Source: Camelus dromedarius
Taxonomy: Eukaryota
Assembly: GCF_036321535.1 (NCBI RefSeq)
Contig: NC_087437.1
Span: forward strand, 44,580,001 to 44,644,000
Direction: 5' to 3'
Length of the DNA: 64,000 nt
Under the pieces are notes generated by a model that saw only the letters and a list, made by a program, of their open reading frames with translations, had not been told where the DNA came from and searched no databases. A program made the translations under genes and the position numbers. The first letter of the stretch is position 1. Each line of letters starts with the position of its first letter. Shown in pieces: positions 1 to 12,196 of this stretch.

Positions 1-2298
1 AGCACATGTATTTCGAAAAGCACATCCCTCTGTGTCTGATATGCATTTCCCCCTTTCTCCATAGTCTAAGATCTACCGCAGTAGAGGCCTTTCTCCTGCT
101 TGACGTTGTTTAGCACAGGCATTCACTAAGATAGACATTTCCCTGATTGTGTTATCATTTAGGTCTCATTTTTCCGTTTTGTCTGCAAAGATATCACATG
201 ACAAAAAAAAGTGTCAAATTTCTTGCTGAATCCCCTATATACAATATCTACAGTATTCTTTTAATCTACCAACTGATTAGTCTTATGAATTTTTTTGAAA
301 AACATTTATATTCGTTCATAGTGAGTTTATCTTATATTTCAGAAATCAGGCTTTTCTTTCCAGATATTCAGAAAGTGTATATTTAATATAGTGGAGACTT
401 TTATGTAAAGCTTCACCTGTTATATGAAACTGCTGAAGATGTATTATCTAGTGATACAGAGTCAATTTAACTGCATTGCTTTGCCTACCATGTTTTCCAT
501 TTTAGAGAGTATAGCAACATTGCCTCAGGACACTGAATCTAATGAAATGTCAATATTATTAGGAAATTTTAAGCAATATTGTTTTTAAAATCTCCATCTT
601 TTCTCTATATAATGTTATTTATGAGAAAAAAGATGTTGAATTAATAAAAGTTACCCTTTACTATATAAGGCACTAGTTACGAGAACATCTTTTTAACATT
701 ATATAAAATGTTCTAAAAATCCAGTATATTTTATACTTTTTCTTATGTGTTCTTAGAGTAATTTTGTTGATGAAGTTATTTTCTAGTGTATTTATTTCCC
801 ATGTATTTATTCTCATTAATTTAAAACATTTATTTGTCTATGCTTGTTTTTTATGCAATACAATTATTTTACCTTTATTTGACAATTCAAATTTTAGTGG
901 GAAAGGAGAAAGCAGAAAAATACAAGATATATTTCTCCCATGTAAATAAGTTGACCAATAGATTTAATATTTTAAAATTTTTTCTAAAAATATTTTTATT
1001 TAATAATTTCTCAAGTATATGAATCTTTCTATTTAAATGTCAAGTCTATATTTATCATTGTCTTTTAAAATAAATATACCGATTTTAATAGTTTCATCAG
1101 TATGTTTTAAGTACTCTGTTTAATAGAAAATATATTTTAATTTCTTAGTATGTTTGCTTACTGAAGGTCTATAAGGGTAGTATTCTAGAGTTGTAAGTAG
1201 TAGAGACTGTTTCGGTTCTCTCAAATAAAAACTCACACAAATATAAATGGTCTGGTTTAAATGGTTAGAAATTATTTCCCTTTTTGTCATAGAATATAAC
1301 TGATTTATAAAACGTAGTGTGAATCAGGTTTGAAGAACAGCAGAGTGTAAATTCCTGTTTAACATATGTCTCATTTGTGGAGTGACAGATGACTGTAGAC
1401 TTGGGACAGTGAGAACAGCAGCAGGTACCACCAGCAACAGTCCAATTGTAGGAATTTTCATGGCACCCGTCAGTGTGATGCGATTGCTCTGTTTGGAAGG
1501 ATGAGCCTCAGTGCCCTAGTTTTCCTGTTAACCCGCTTACTACCATACTGCTCACTTGCCCTTCTCTTGGACTAACTGCTGTGTCTTGTCCTATCTTTGA
1601 TACGGAATCTTAAATGCTTTCAGTAGAAGCTCTTCATTTAGGATATCAGTATCACAGGAGGGGAGCGCCTTAGACAACTGAAGTACTGTTACATTTTTCC
1701 ACTTTCCAGGATAAAAGCATGCTGTTTGGGTAAGAGCTGAAAATGGTTCAAGGAAAGAGTCTCAGGTAAAAATAGATAAATAAATGAAGTCAAACGTGAA
1801 GAAATCTTTTCAAACGGTTCATGAAAGAATATGACATTATTTCATACACCTTTAAAAATTGAAGAGTTGTTTGAAGAGTAAACACTTGCCAGGTGGTCTA
1901 AGGCAAAAATTCTCTTGCTTGTGAAACAAACGTTTGTAGACAGGAATCTTTTTTTTTTTTAATACGATGTTTTGAGAACATAATGGGAATTCTTAAACCT
2001 AGTGTACGTCAAACTTAGAATATATTAACATTTAATATAAAACTGTGCCATCTGTTCTCTGTGAAATTCAGAAAAGGCCCATAGTTCAACAACACAATGA
2101 CCCATGTTTATAAGAAAGTATTGCTCTTTGAACAGAACACTGCAACTTTAAGATTGATTGATTTAAAGGATATTCTAAGATAAGAAGTTTGAATTGAATA
2201 GAACCATAATTTATTCTTAGCCATCAACATGTAGTTTAATGTAGTTTCCCACAGCAGATTTAATCTTTTACTTCCAAATCAATTTCCATTGTCTAATA

Positions 2299-2495
2299 TG
2301 GAGATTGGCAAACTATGGTGTGGTTCTTGTTTTTGGAACTAAGTGTTTTTCTCACATAAGCATGGGAATTTAGTTACTTACTGTCCATGGCTACTTTCAT
2401 GATGAAACTACCGTGTTGAGGAGTCATAATGGAGACCCCGTGTCCCTCAAAAATTCCTACTCCCTGACCTTCACAGGAAAGTGTGCTGACTTCTG
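2299..2495 (+). mobile_element. hAT-Charlie MITE, MER58A-like
   Basis: Begins GGAGATTGGCAAACTATGG and ends CCTGACCTTCACAGGAAAGTGTGCTGACTTCTG, resembling the MER58 consensus termini. About 200 bp. Confidence 0.65.
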
Positions 2496-4059
2496 GACTA
2501 AATCACAAAGCCGTATCTGTTAAATTTATTTATTTAACAAATGTTTTATCATCAAAATTTTAATAGACTCAAATTTATTATATTCTAAGGAGAATAAGTT
2601 TATTTATTTATTTACAGTTTATGTCAGTGTTTCCTACTTAGAAAGTTTTCAGATAAGAAAGGAGTGTACAAAACTGAGTTTTGTTGAAAACCTGTGGTAT
2701 GTTTAAAGAAAAAAATTTTTTAAAGCTAAAAAAAAGCTCCTCTAATTGAATGGGAACTTGATATTCTCTTTCCCCCTCCTTGAGAATCTGTCAGGATAAT
2801 TAGGATCTGAGAAATCATTCAACAAATTAACCACTTTAACTGTTGAAACCTAATATTACCTAAATTTTTTTGACCTCCCCTCCTCCCACCATAAACCACT
2901 TTTTAATATTCTTGTAAGACAGTGGTGGTCTTCAGAAGAAAGCTAAAAATACTGTCCTAAAAAAATATTTCTTAAATGTGGAAACATGTAAGTCAAAACA
3001 GTTAAACCAAGTATATAGAATTATAGATTGTAGATTTAAAAAGTCATATAGTTTATTTAAGTCAATTCCCAATCTTGGTAGATAACAGAAAAATAAAATT
3101 AATATTCATGTAGGCCAGTCTCATCTCACTACGTAAGAGATGGCTAATCATGAGTACCCTCAAGTTTAACAAAAGGCACTTAATGAATTGTGTATATTTG
3201 CTGGGTTCGCTCACTGTAGATGAGCCATCATTATGCCATGATAAATGCTGAAACAATTGTGGTTTTACATATTGCATTTAATCAGTTAGTGCTATAATTA
3301 ATTTTAATAGGATATTTATGAGCCCCTAACTAGATTACTTTATAACCAAGTACTGAATGCACCCTCTACATGTTTTGTTATTTTAGAGGTAACATAAGTT
3401 TAATTATGCAGATAATCCAAGTGGATTTTTATTTTGCCTCTGTGTTATCACTTTCATTTTAATGGCTTGAATGCTTCTTATCACTATTTTTGAGTAGAAT
3501 TAATTAAATCTAAAATGATGCTTTTAATGGTGTGTGATGGAATAAATTTAGTAAGAGGGTTGACATCCATGTGTTGTCAACATTTTTATTGAATCCGTCA
3601 AGCCCTAGTAAGTATAAACTCAAAGACAAAGTGTTCATGTCCATTTAGCATTTTATTTTAAATGTGGTCACTCTTGCCTCAATTGTCAGTTGATTCTAAA
3701 ATTTTTTAAAAAATCACATTCATTCATCTATTAAACAAATGTTTATCAAGCACTTACTATGTATACTATTAGAATGTAAATCCTACAAAGCCAAAATCTT
3801 ATTTATACTGTCTCTTTATTGCTTGGCATATAGTAACTACTCAAAACTATATTCTAAATGAATGAGTGGCTCTAAATACTGGCGATTGAACAGCATAACA
3901 TGAAACAGCAGCAATAAGCAAATGTCTTAGAGATTAAAGACATTAGTAGCACTGTGTAGAAAATACACAATAGAGGTAAATATAGAGGCTGTGATTAACT
4001 TAGGAAGATACTGATGTACTTTTTAGGAGAGGGGACAGGGATGGATACCTTGCAATACT

Positions 4060-4540
4060 AATTTATTTTCTGATTCTATGCATTTCTCTATTCTGGGCAT
4101 TTCACATGAATGGAATAGCACAATACAATATAATACATACATAAATAATACAATATGTTGTCTTGTGACTGGTTGCTTTCACTTAATATAATATTCTCAG
4201 GGTTCACTGGTACAAATATGGTGTATATGGTTATGATATACCATATTTGGTTTATCCATTCATTAATCGATGGACTTTTTTTCCTTCCTTTTGGCAGTTT
4301 TGAATATTGCTAATACAAACTTTTATGTACAAGTTCTTGTGTGTGGATACATGCTTTGAATTCTCTTTGATATGTAACCAGGGGTGGAATTTCTGGATCA
4401 CATTAGAATAATTTTTTATTTGACCTTTTGAAAAAACTTTCAAGCTGTTTTCCACAATGGCTACACAATTTTTACCTTGGTCCCAGCAATATACGAGGAT
4501 TTCAATTTCTCTATGCCAATATTTGTTACTATCTGTTCTT
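4060..4540 (-). mobile_element. Old L1M LINE 3' fragment
   Basis: Antisense L1M motifs: TTCTGGGCATTTCACATGAATGGAAT, GCTTTCACTTAATATAAT, GTGGAATTTCTGGATCA, TTTTCCACAATGGCT. Confidence 0.75.
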
Positions 4541-5013
4541 TTTTTTTTTTTTTTTTTTTTTACAGTTTTCTAGGGTTAATTTTTTTAATGGAAAATGGCT
4601 TTCAATTTGTGGAATTTTAAATACCAACAGCTCTGAGAGAGGTATTTGTAAGAAGCTGTGGTTAATATTTTAAATTTGTAATGTTATCTTCACCTGGGGG
4701 TGGCTGCTGAAAAGATGGACTTATCTTTATTAGAAGACTGTACATTTGACCACAACCTTTCACTCTATGTAGCTATTCATAGATTTATACAGCAGAGTTA
4801 AGGAATCAGTATTATAAGTAAATCATCTTAGAATTTAAAAATGTAACATCAATGTACTCAGAAAGCCACATTAAGATTAATATTTCATATATTTTGGATC
4901 AAATGTGATGTGTCATTAAATGCTTTATTTTTTATATATATGCGCTGATTTTTTCCATCAATAGTTTTCTGTAAGTAGATTAACCCCCTTATTAAAGGCA
5001 GCAGTTTTATTTA

Positions 5014-5426
5014 CTGTTTCTGAGCGCTGTGAAGGGTCTGGGTTTTACATTACTTTGCAGCTAACAAGTGAGCCTGCCACAGTGTTATGGGTCCTGGCAG
5101 AAGACACAGACCTCCTCAGTCAGAGACCAAGAACTCTATTACTCATCCCAATAGCAACAGTCAGAATCTCAGCATTTTCCTGTGCCACTTCCCAAGTCCC
5201 CAATTTGTTCAAGGTGATGTGAAGAGGGACAGCTGACATTAGCACACACAATGGGTTGTGTCACCCAAGAGGAACATTAAGCTTGAGAGAAAGAGATTGC
5301 TTCTGTTTTCCGTGACTGTTTACTATATAAAAATCCCTGAAATGATAGCCCAGAACAAAGGCAGTCGGTGCTTCTACTTACAGGATGTATAGAGGTGTGA
5401 GACCTGTGAAGAACTGACTCCCAGTA
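5014..5426 (-). mobile_element. Old eutherian solo LTR (ERVL/MER-type; exact family not assigned)
   Basis: GCAGCTAACAAGTGAGCCTGCCACAG...GGCAGAAGACACAGACCTCCT...GTCAGAGACC and the end GAACTGACTCCCAGTA resemble the reverse complement of a MER-type LTR that starts TGTTGGGAG. Ends approximate. Confidence 0.6.
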
Positions 5427-8400
5427 GTTCTTTGTAACTATAAAGTACTCTCAGAATGTTTTGGACCTAGCACATTATCAGTTCGTTGACTTAATTTTGT
5501 TTTACCGTGTGGAAGATACCACAAGATGAATTTGTGAAAGAAATATTTATAGGTTTCTGTGATTAGGCCAAATGCTTCCCTTTTTATAACAATAATGATT
5601 TTGCCAAGTTCTTTAACTTTTCTGTGATCATTGCCAAAAGAAAACTAGGTTACCTTTTGTAATGGATAAAAAGAGGTCTGTAATAGACATGCCACTTTCT
5701 TGAGTAAGAGATTATCAACTGCAATACGTAATACAAAAACAAGTTAACTTGTAGTTAATTGCAATAAACTGGAATTCTTAACATGAAGCTTCTCTCAACT
5801 AGATCCATTCCTGTCATTTTAAAAAATTTCTTTTACATTAATGTAAAAATACCAAGGATAATATCCCAAGAGTAGTTGAGCTGGAAGAGTGAAGAGAAAA
5901 CATCAACACCCTTGTTCAGACTCCAGTCATTCAGTCTGTGCTAACCACGTTTGTCTGTAAGTAGCTGATGGAAAACTACAATCCATACAGTAGATTTTCC
6001 TTCCCCTTTAACTGAACTATTGTCAAACCATGACTTCCCTCTCCCATACCTAGGTAATTGACTTTTTGGTAACCTAAATGCAAGGAGTCCCAAATCTCTA
6101 TTTGTTTCATATGGTTTAGTGCATGGCCCTTAATAATATTATGCTACCTGTCTCTAGAATTCAGTATATTACATTTCTTTCAAAAATTCTTTCATTCATA
6201 GTAATCTTTCATAATCTTTCTTTAACCAATTTCAAACATACTTTTGTTCAGTGGGTTCTAACTGATATTTAACGTGTATTTATTTACTATACATAAAATC
6301 AATATATATTTTTTAAAATTTCTATGTAGCTGCCAAATAAATCTCCTTTTTCTTTTTCTACCCCCTTCTCTTTCTCCCTTTTCTTCTTTTTAAAGTTTTT
6401 ATTATTTTTATTATTATTGAAGACGAAGAAAAGAGAGTGGGAGAGAGGGAGGGGTTTATCATGCCTTGTATCTACTGAACCGGTTTGGCTTCTTTGACCC
6501 CTGTGTGCTTCTCTAAATGCTTACACATCATGTATTTAAATATGTCCTGGATTTTTCTGAAGATTAATAGTGATTTCATTAGAACACAGTTTCCTGCATT
6601 TATTGATTTTCTTGTTTTGAAAATGCCAATATTTGGTTTTATTTCTTCCATTAAGTAGCTATGGCTGCTTCTCTGTCTCACTGGATTTGTTTCTGATAGA
6701 ATAGTCAGTTCATTTTGAAGAAATCTATGCATTGAGCCATTTTCTATTTTAGAGTTTCTTCATTTTATTTTCTTCTGCACTTCAAGAAATCTGGCTTTCT
6801 CAAATTTAGATGGGGCATGATGAGAAGGGAAGACAGTGTCTTGAGTCTGTCTTCTTTACTCCTTCTCCCTCCCAGGTCCCTCTGGATTGACCACATTTGA
6901 GAGAAGGACACAGGTTCCAAATAAGACTGTAAGGCTCTCAGGATGAAAGTACCATTTGTTTACTGCTCTGAGAAAGGGGAAGAGGACCTAGACCCTAGAA
7001 AGGGAGATCTTCCTCTTGGAAGATCTCGAAGCAAAGAAATTAGATGGCCTTACTGCCTGTGGTGTGTCCTGACATAAATGGATCTCAATGTAGAGAAATA
7101 TTTCTCACTCCCTTGGTTCCTGCAGCCCTAGGTAAAGCTTACAGTTACTTTTACTACCACTTACAGAAAACAATAACAACAATACCTACCATGTGCTTTG
7201 GAAAGATTTAAACTACATGTCCATCAAAGGAAATGCTTCTATTGTGACCATTCTTTAGAATTCTAACAGCTAACAGGGAATAAGAATTAATTCCTTAACC
7301 TTGAAATATGTTCATGATATAATCTTAAATCAGAAAGAACAGTTGAAGATCATTATCACAATTTTAAAGTGAAAGAAGCACACCACCTGCACATATACAT
7401 ACATGTAAATGTGTGTGTATATTGTATAGGAAAGTAATCAAGGAAGTTAAATCCCATTTTTTTTTTTTTTATGGTGGTTCCCTCGGAGGGTGGAGTGGGG
7501 CAGTGGTTTACTTTTCCATTCAGCATTACTTAAATACTTCATGTCTTACGTTAAAAGTTCTGATTTGTGTGTGTGCCATTTTCTATAAATTAGCATAAAG
7601 GACTCTGAATTCAATAAGTCTTATTTTTTAATTCTCTGTTAACTTGAGAATTACTACTAACCACTTCTGTTCTACTTTCTATGTAGTTCTGAGTTTACTG
7701 TTAAATCTCAGTGGTTTCATTCTGTTTTTGAATCCAATTAAAGTCTTTTGATTTTAGCTTCAGACAAACATATTCTTCTTAGTGTTTTGTAGGGAGCGTT
7801 TTTCTCTTCCCTGCAGCGAGTGTTTGATGTCACAGAATGTGCTTCTGACAGACAAGGCCTGTCCTTTGACCTGACTTCTCTGGCCAGAATTGCCCTTCTT
7901 CCATCCTTCTTTTTTCCAAATGGTTAACTTTTAGTTTCCAGACTAAGACTTAATACATTTTAGAATTGCATCCTCAACCGAAAAACATGAAAGATATTTT
8001 CAGTTATTGTCTATAGAAATGTGAAAAGATGATTGTACATTCATTTCCTAATATTACTCCTCACCTTGGACATTAGTAATGACCTCTCCATCACACAACA
8101 AATAGATTAGTTCAAGCTGGAGGAAGAAATCTCCCCTTGCGTTACTTAGGTGAAGGTTTAAATTTTGCTTGTATCCATGAGGTAATATTTCAGTTCTCCA
8201 CCTGACTTACAGAGCCAGAGGGGGAAAAGGAGGAGGGTGTGTTGTGGATGCAGCGTTTATTCCTTCTTGGATCTCAGTAGTGACTCTGCCAAATGTGGTC
8301 TTTGCCAGGAATTAGATAATTAAAAAAAAATCCATTGAAACAAGCCTAACCTAATATTTCCTTCAATTCAATGTAAAAATACCTTATATAGCCTTATAAA

Positions 8401-9480
8401 GTTTCAACTAGCACACTATCTTTAGTCCTAGTAATTTATATTTTTATAGTTTCTGCGCCATGCCTAAAATGTTGCCTACTCTAATTAGCTTATGGTCAAC
8501 AGTATCTTTAATTAGAAATATTGGTAATCTGTCCCCCCACAGCATTTCATTTAGTGTGTTTATGGTTCCAGGATGATTATCCTAATGAACAGAGTGGTAA
8601 AAAGTACCATTAAGCAGAAATGAAATAGAATACCCATCAGGGCAAAAAAGGGTTTTTGGGTTTTTTTTTTTCTTTTTTTTTTTTTTCATGAAAGGATGAT
8701 TTGTGCTTTGAATGTAGTATTAAAACTATCAATAAGCTGGCATTGAGTGTACTTTGAAATTCTATCAATAGCAAATATGTTACTATGATTGATTTCTAGC
8801 AAGTAGACATAGATTCTAGGATAAAGGACACAGAGTTATCCTAAGAAATGACCAATCCATTGAAAATCAGTTCAAATAATATTGCTGAAACTGACTAAAA
8901 TTGACAAGAGTAAAGTAGGAAAGTTATTTAAGAAAGTCATCAGCAGTCCTGTGCATCTGTAATTATTAATAAATTCATTGTTGGGGTACTGGGAGAAATC
9001 AGTCTTAGGTTTATTCCTTGTACTCTTGCCAAATGAATATGTTAAAATAGAGTTTGTTTGCCATCTTCATATTTTATTTAATGATGATGGCATTTTCTTT
9101 AGAGAGCTTTATTTTCTGAAATAGTTTTAAGCATTTCTTTTGTAATTAAACGCAACAGGTATTTGTATTTCATGGCGTTAACAGATGTATACCTACTGAA
9201 ACTTAGTCTAGATTACATCTAGCAGTGTCTCTGACTAAGTCTAATTTGGCATCAGAAAAAAACACATGCGAATTTAGATAGGAAATAAATTTGAGAATCT
9301 GTAAGTTTTTAGATTTAAAGTCATGTATGTTGGAAAAATATATCCAAAGAAAGGTGGCTAGCTAGTGCCTCTAATATCAGGTAGATCTATGGAATGTTTG
9401 CACAAATAAAATTGACTAGGTTCTCAATTCTCAAATGGCTTTGTCAAACTCAGATTAACCAACACAGATAGTGCACTGAT

Positions 9481-9570
9481 TCTTTCTTTCTTTCTTGAAA
9501 TATAGTCAGTTACAATGTGTCAATTTCTGGTGTACAGCATGTTTCAGCCATACATTTTATTTTATGTATA

Positions 9571-9601
<31 letters not shown>

Positions 9602-9668
9602 ATTCATTTTCATATTATTTTTCATTGTAGGTTACTACAAGATATTGAGTATAGTTCCCTGTGCTATA
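9481..9668 (-). mobile_element. 5'-truncated camelid-type L1 3' end with internal (TG)n
   Basis: TTGAAATATAGTCAGTTACAATGTGTCAATTTCTGGTGTACAGCAT...GGTTACTACAAGATATTGAGTATAGTTCCCTGTGCTATA. The same 3' end recurs at 26470 and 43640. Confidence 0.8.
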
Positions 9669-9879
9669 TCTTGACTTTTGGGGGAAGGTGGGAGATTATT
9701 GTTTCCTCTCAAAATTTGGTTAAAACTATATGGAGTCCCTCTAGAAAAATGTGCATGCACACAGATAAGTTCAGAAGGATGGTAGATGGCCGTTCATAGA
9801 TCCTCTGGGGATTTCAAGGACCCAGGGTTAAACAAGGCATAAGAGCAATGGTGCGTGTCACTCTGCCTTTCCAACAAGG

Positions 9880-10000
9880 CTAGATATTCTCAGATGTAAA
9901 ATGTTAGTAATAATCTCTTCTTTATAAAGGTTGTGAGTATTCTACAGGGTAAATCATTTAAAGTGTTTGGCATAGATGTTGGCACATAGTAGGCAGACAA
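9880..10000 (+). mobile_element. MIR SINE fragment
   Basis: TGTAAAATG...TAATAAT...AAAGGTTGTGAGTATT...GGCACATAGTAGG is the MIR core/3' pattern. Confidence 0.55.
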
Positions 10001-10399
10001 AACATTGTAGGTCTTTAGAAATCAAGTTCAGTGGTATTATATTGTTCTGTTTTATGAATTGCCCATTTATTAGTACTATTGCATTCTAAAAACTGGGGAA
10101 GTTCTGCTTTTAAACACAAACTACATTTTCAGTATATTGGGCAAAGCTTCTTCTAGAAGTTTAACTTTTTCTTCCATTATATTTTTTAGCTGAAGGTATG
10201 GTCTTGTTTTATTTTTTTTTACACTAAGGTAACTAAATTTGAATGAATTTCACATACTCAAAAGCAGAACAATCCCTGAGTACATAATGATATTAACATA
10301 TAAATCTGTTGAGGACCATCAGAAGTTGCTAGAGAGCCAACTCATTAGCTTAAAAATGAGTAAATAGAAATAAGTAAGCATTTAACCTGACTTTCCTAT

Positions 10400-10830
10400 A
10401 AAAACAATACCGCAAGGACATTTTTTCTTTTATAGAAGTATTCCAGCTAATACATAAAGAATGGTAGGGTCAAAATATTATGATTTTGTAAACCCCCAAT
10501 GAAATGATGAATCTAGGGACAAACAACAAGGGATGTTAATAAGAGTAGGGGAGGGAGAGGGAGAGACAGGCATCTTGTGCCTCTTGATGGAGTTATACCA
10601 TACACCTACGAGGTGTCCTTGTAAAAACTCCTTCTTATTTAATGATATGTGCTGTGAAATATTCATACTAAAGTAAAATTAAATCTGGATTTGCTTCAGA
10701 ATAATCCAGTTAGATGGAGTGTAGATGAAAAATGGAAAGCCCAAAACTGGCAAGTTTTTGAAGCTGAGTGGGGGGTACCTGAGGTTTTATCATTCTATTC
10801 TCTTTTTACCTGTTTATACATTAAAAATTT
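10400..10830 (+). mobile_element. Old L1M (L1MC/ME-like) 3' fragment
   Basis: ATCTGGATTTGCTTCAGAATAATCCAG...TTGAAGCTGAGTGGGGGGTACCTGAGGTTTTATCATTCTATTCTCT resembles an old L1M 3' UTR. Confidence 0.55.
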
Positions 10831-11371
10831 CCTTTTTTTTTTAAATGAAATAACATAAAATTTCACATCGGTCATAGGGTCAGTAAAGTTTCTTATGTCA
10901 TGTTGAAGCTTCATGTTTGTATCTATTAAGATAAAGTTAGTTTACAAGATAAGAATTATATGGAATTGTATTACTTTCTGAATGATTACCAAAGCTGGTT
11001 TACTGACCGAATTTTGTTTAATTCACAATATTTTGTTAACATGGTTTATGGAGGAGTTGTTTATGAACTTTTTTTCTTATCTAATATTATATATCATAAA
11101 TAACTAAAGAAATTATATAATGAATAAGTTTGCATAATAAATAATAACCTACGTGTTTGCATGGTAGATAGAAACTATCATATCTTTTTTGGCTAAAGGC
11201 AGAGACAAAGGGTGTAAATACATGTATAATGGTATACTCCTGCAAAAGAGAAAAAAATGAATAAGGCAAGACACAAAAAAATAAAGAATTTCAAAAAGAA
11301 ATCTAGTATTGAGGATTTCTTTGCATTTCAAGGTAAAAGACTTACTCAGCTGTTATCAAAATACCTATAGG

Positions 11372-11938
11372 TGTCAGGAAGGAAGAACATTTCCTTTTCA
11401 TTTATAAGTTGTTCTAGCTGGTCTAAGAATTAAATTGATATGAGACAGATTAACAGGAGAAAATCAAATAAAAGTTTAATAACATGTGTACATGGGACCC
11501 AGGAAAACTGAGTAACTTGCTAAAATGGCCAAAATCCTTATCTTAATTATCATCTTCAGCTAAAGACAAAACAAAATGTTGAGGGTAGTGGTATGGAAAT
11601 TCAAAGTAGGGCAGGAAGACAATTCATATGGAGATGGAAAAGTAAATCTTTGGTATACACAGGGTTACTGGACCCTGCAGATACACTGGATCAGAGTGCA
11701 CGCTAACCTCCAGACCCTGCCAGGTTTCCCTCACCACTCCCAGCACATATCCTTTGCATAGACCTCCAGTGATAGCTCTATTCTAGGAGCAGGCCCTTTA
11801 TCTAAATTATCTTAGGCAATTAAAGGAGTGGTAACAAGCAAAACTTCCTGAATCTTCTGTTTCTTAAAAAATAATCAGCCTAAATTAATCTTCATGCTCA
11901 ATAGACACATTTGGGGTGGTAAATTTTGCCTCCCTACA
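11372..11938 (-). mobile_element. ERV1-class solo LTR (567 bp) with 4-bp TSD
   Basis: TG...CA termini (minus strand TGTAGGGAGG...CCTGACA). TAGG is duplicated at 11368-11371 and 11939-11942. Shares GACAGATTAACAGGAGAA with the LTR at 42325. Confidence 0.85.
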
Positions 11939-12196
11939 TAGGCAAAGAATAAGAATATGATTAGTTAAAAGGGCTTTGAGGCAAGAAACAGCCATCCAAG
12001 TGAAAACAGGATTGTGTGGAACAGAGGCAGTAGGAACCACACAGTAAAATTCTGTTAGAACCAGAATTATTACCTTAATCACACAGTGGTAAAAGTTACT
12101 ACCAGTTGATTATTGAGAGAGAACTGGAAAGTATTAATTAGTACAATTCATTGCATGTCTTTTATAGTTCATTGCCTATTAAATAAGGAGCAATGA

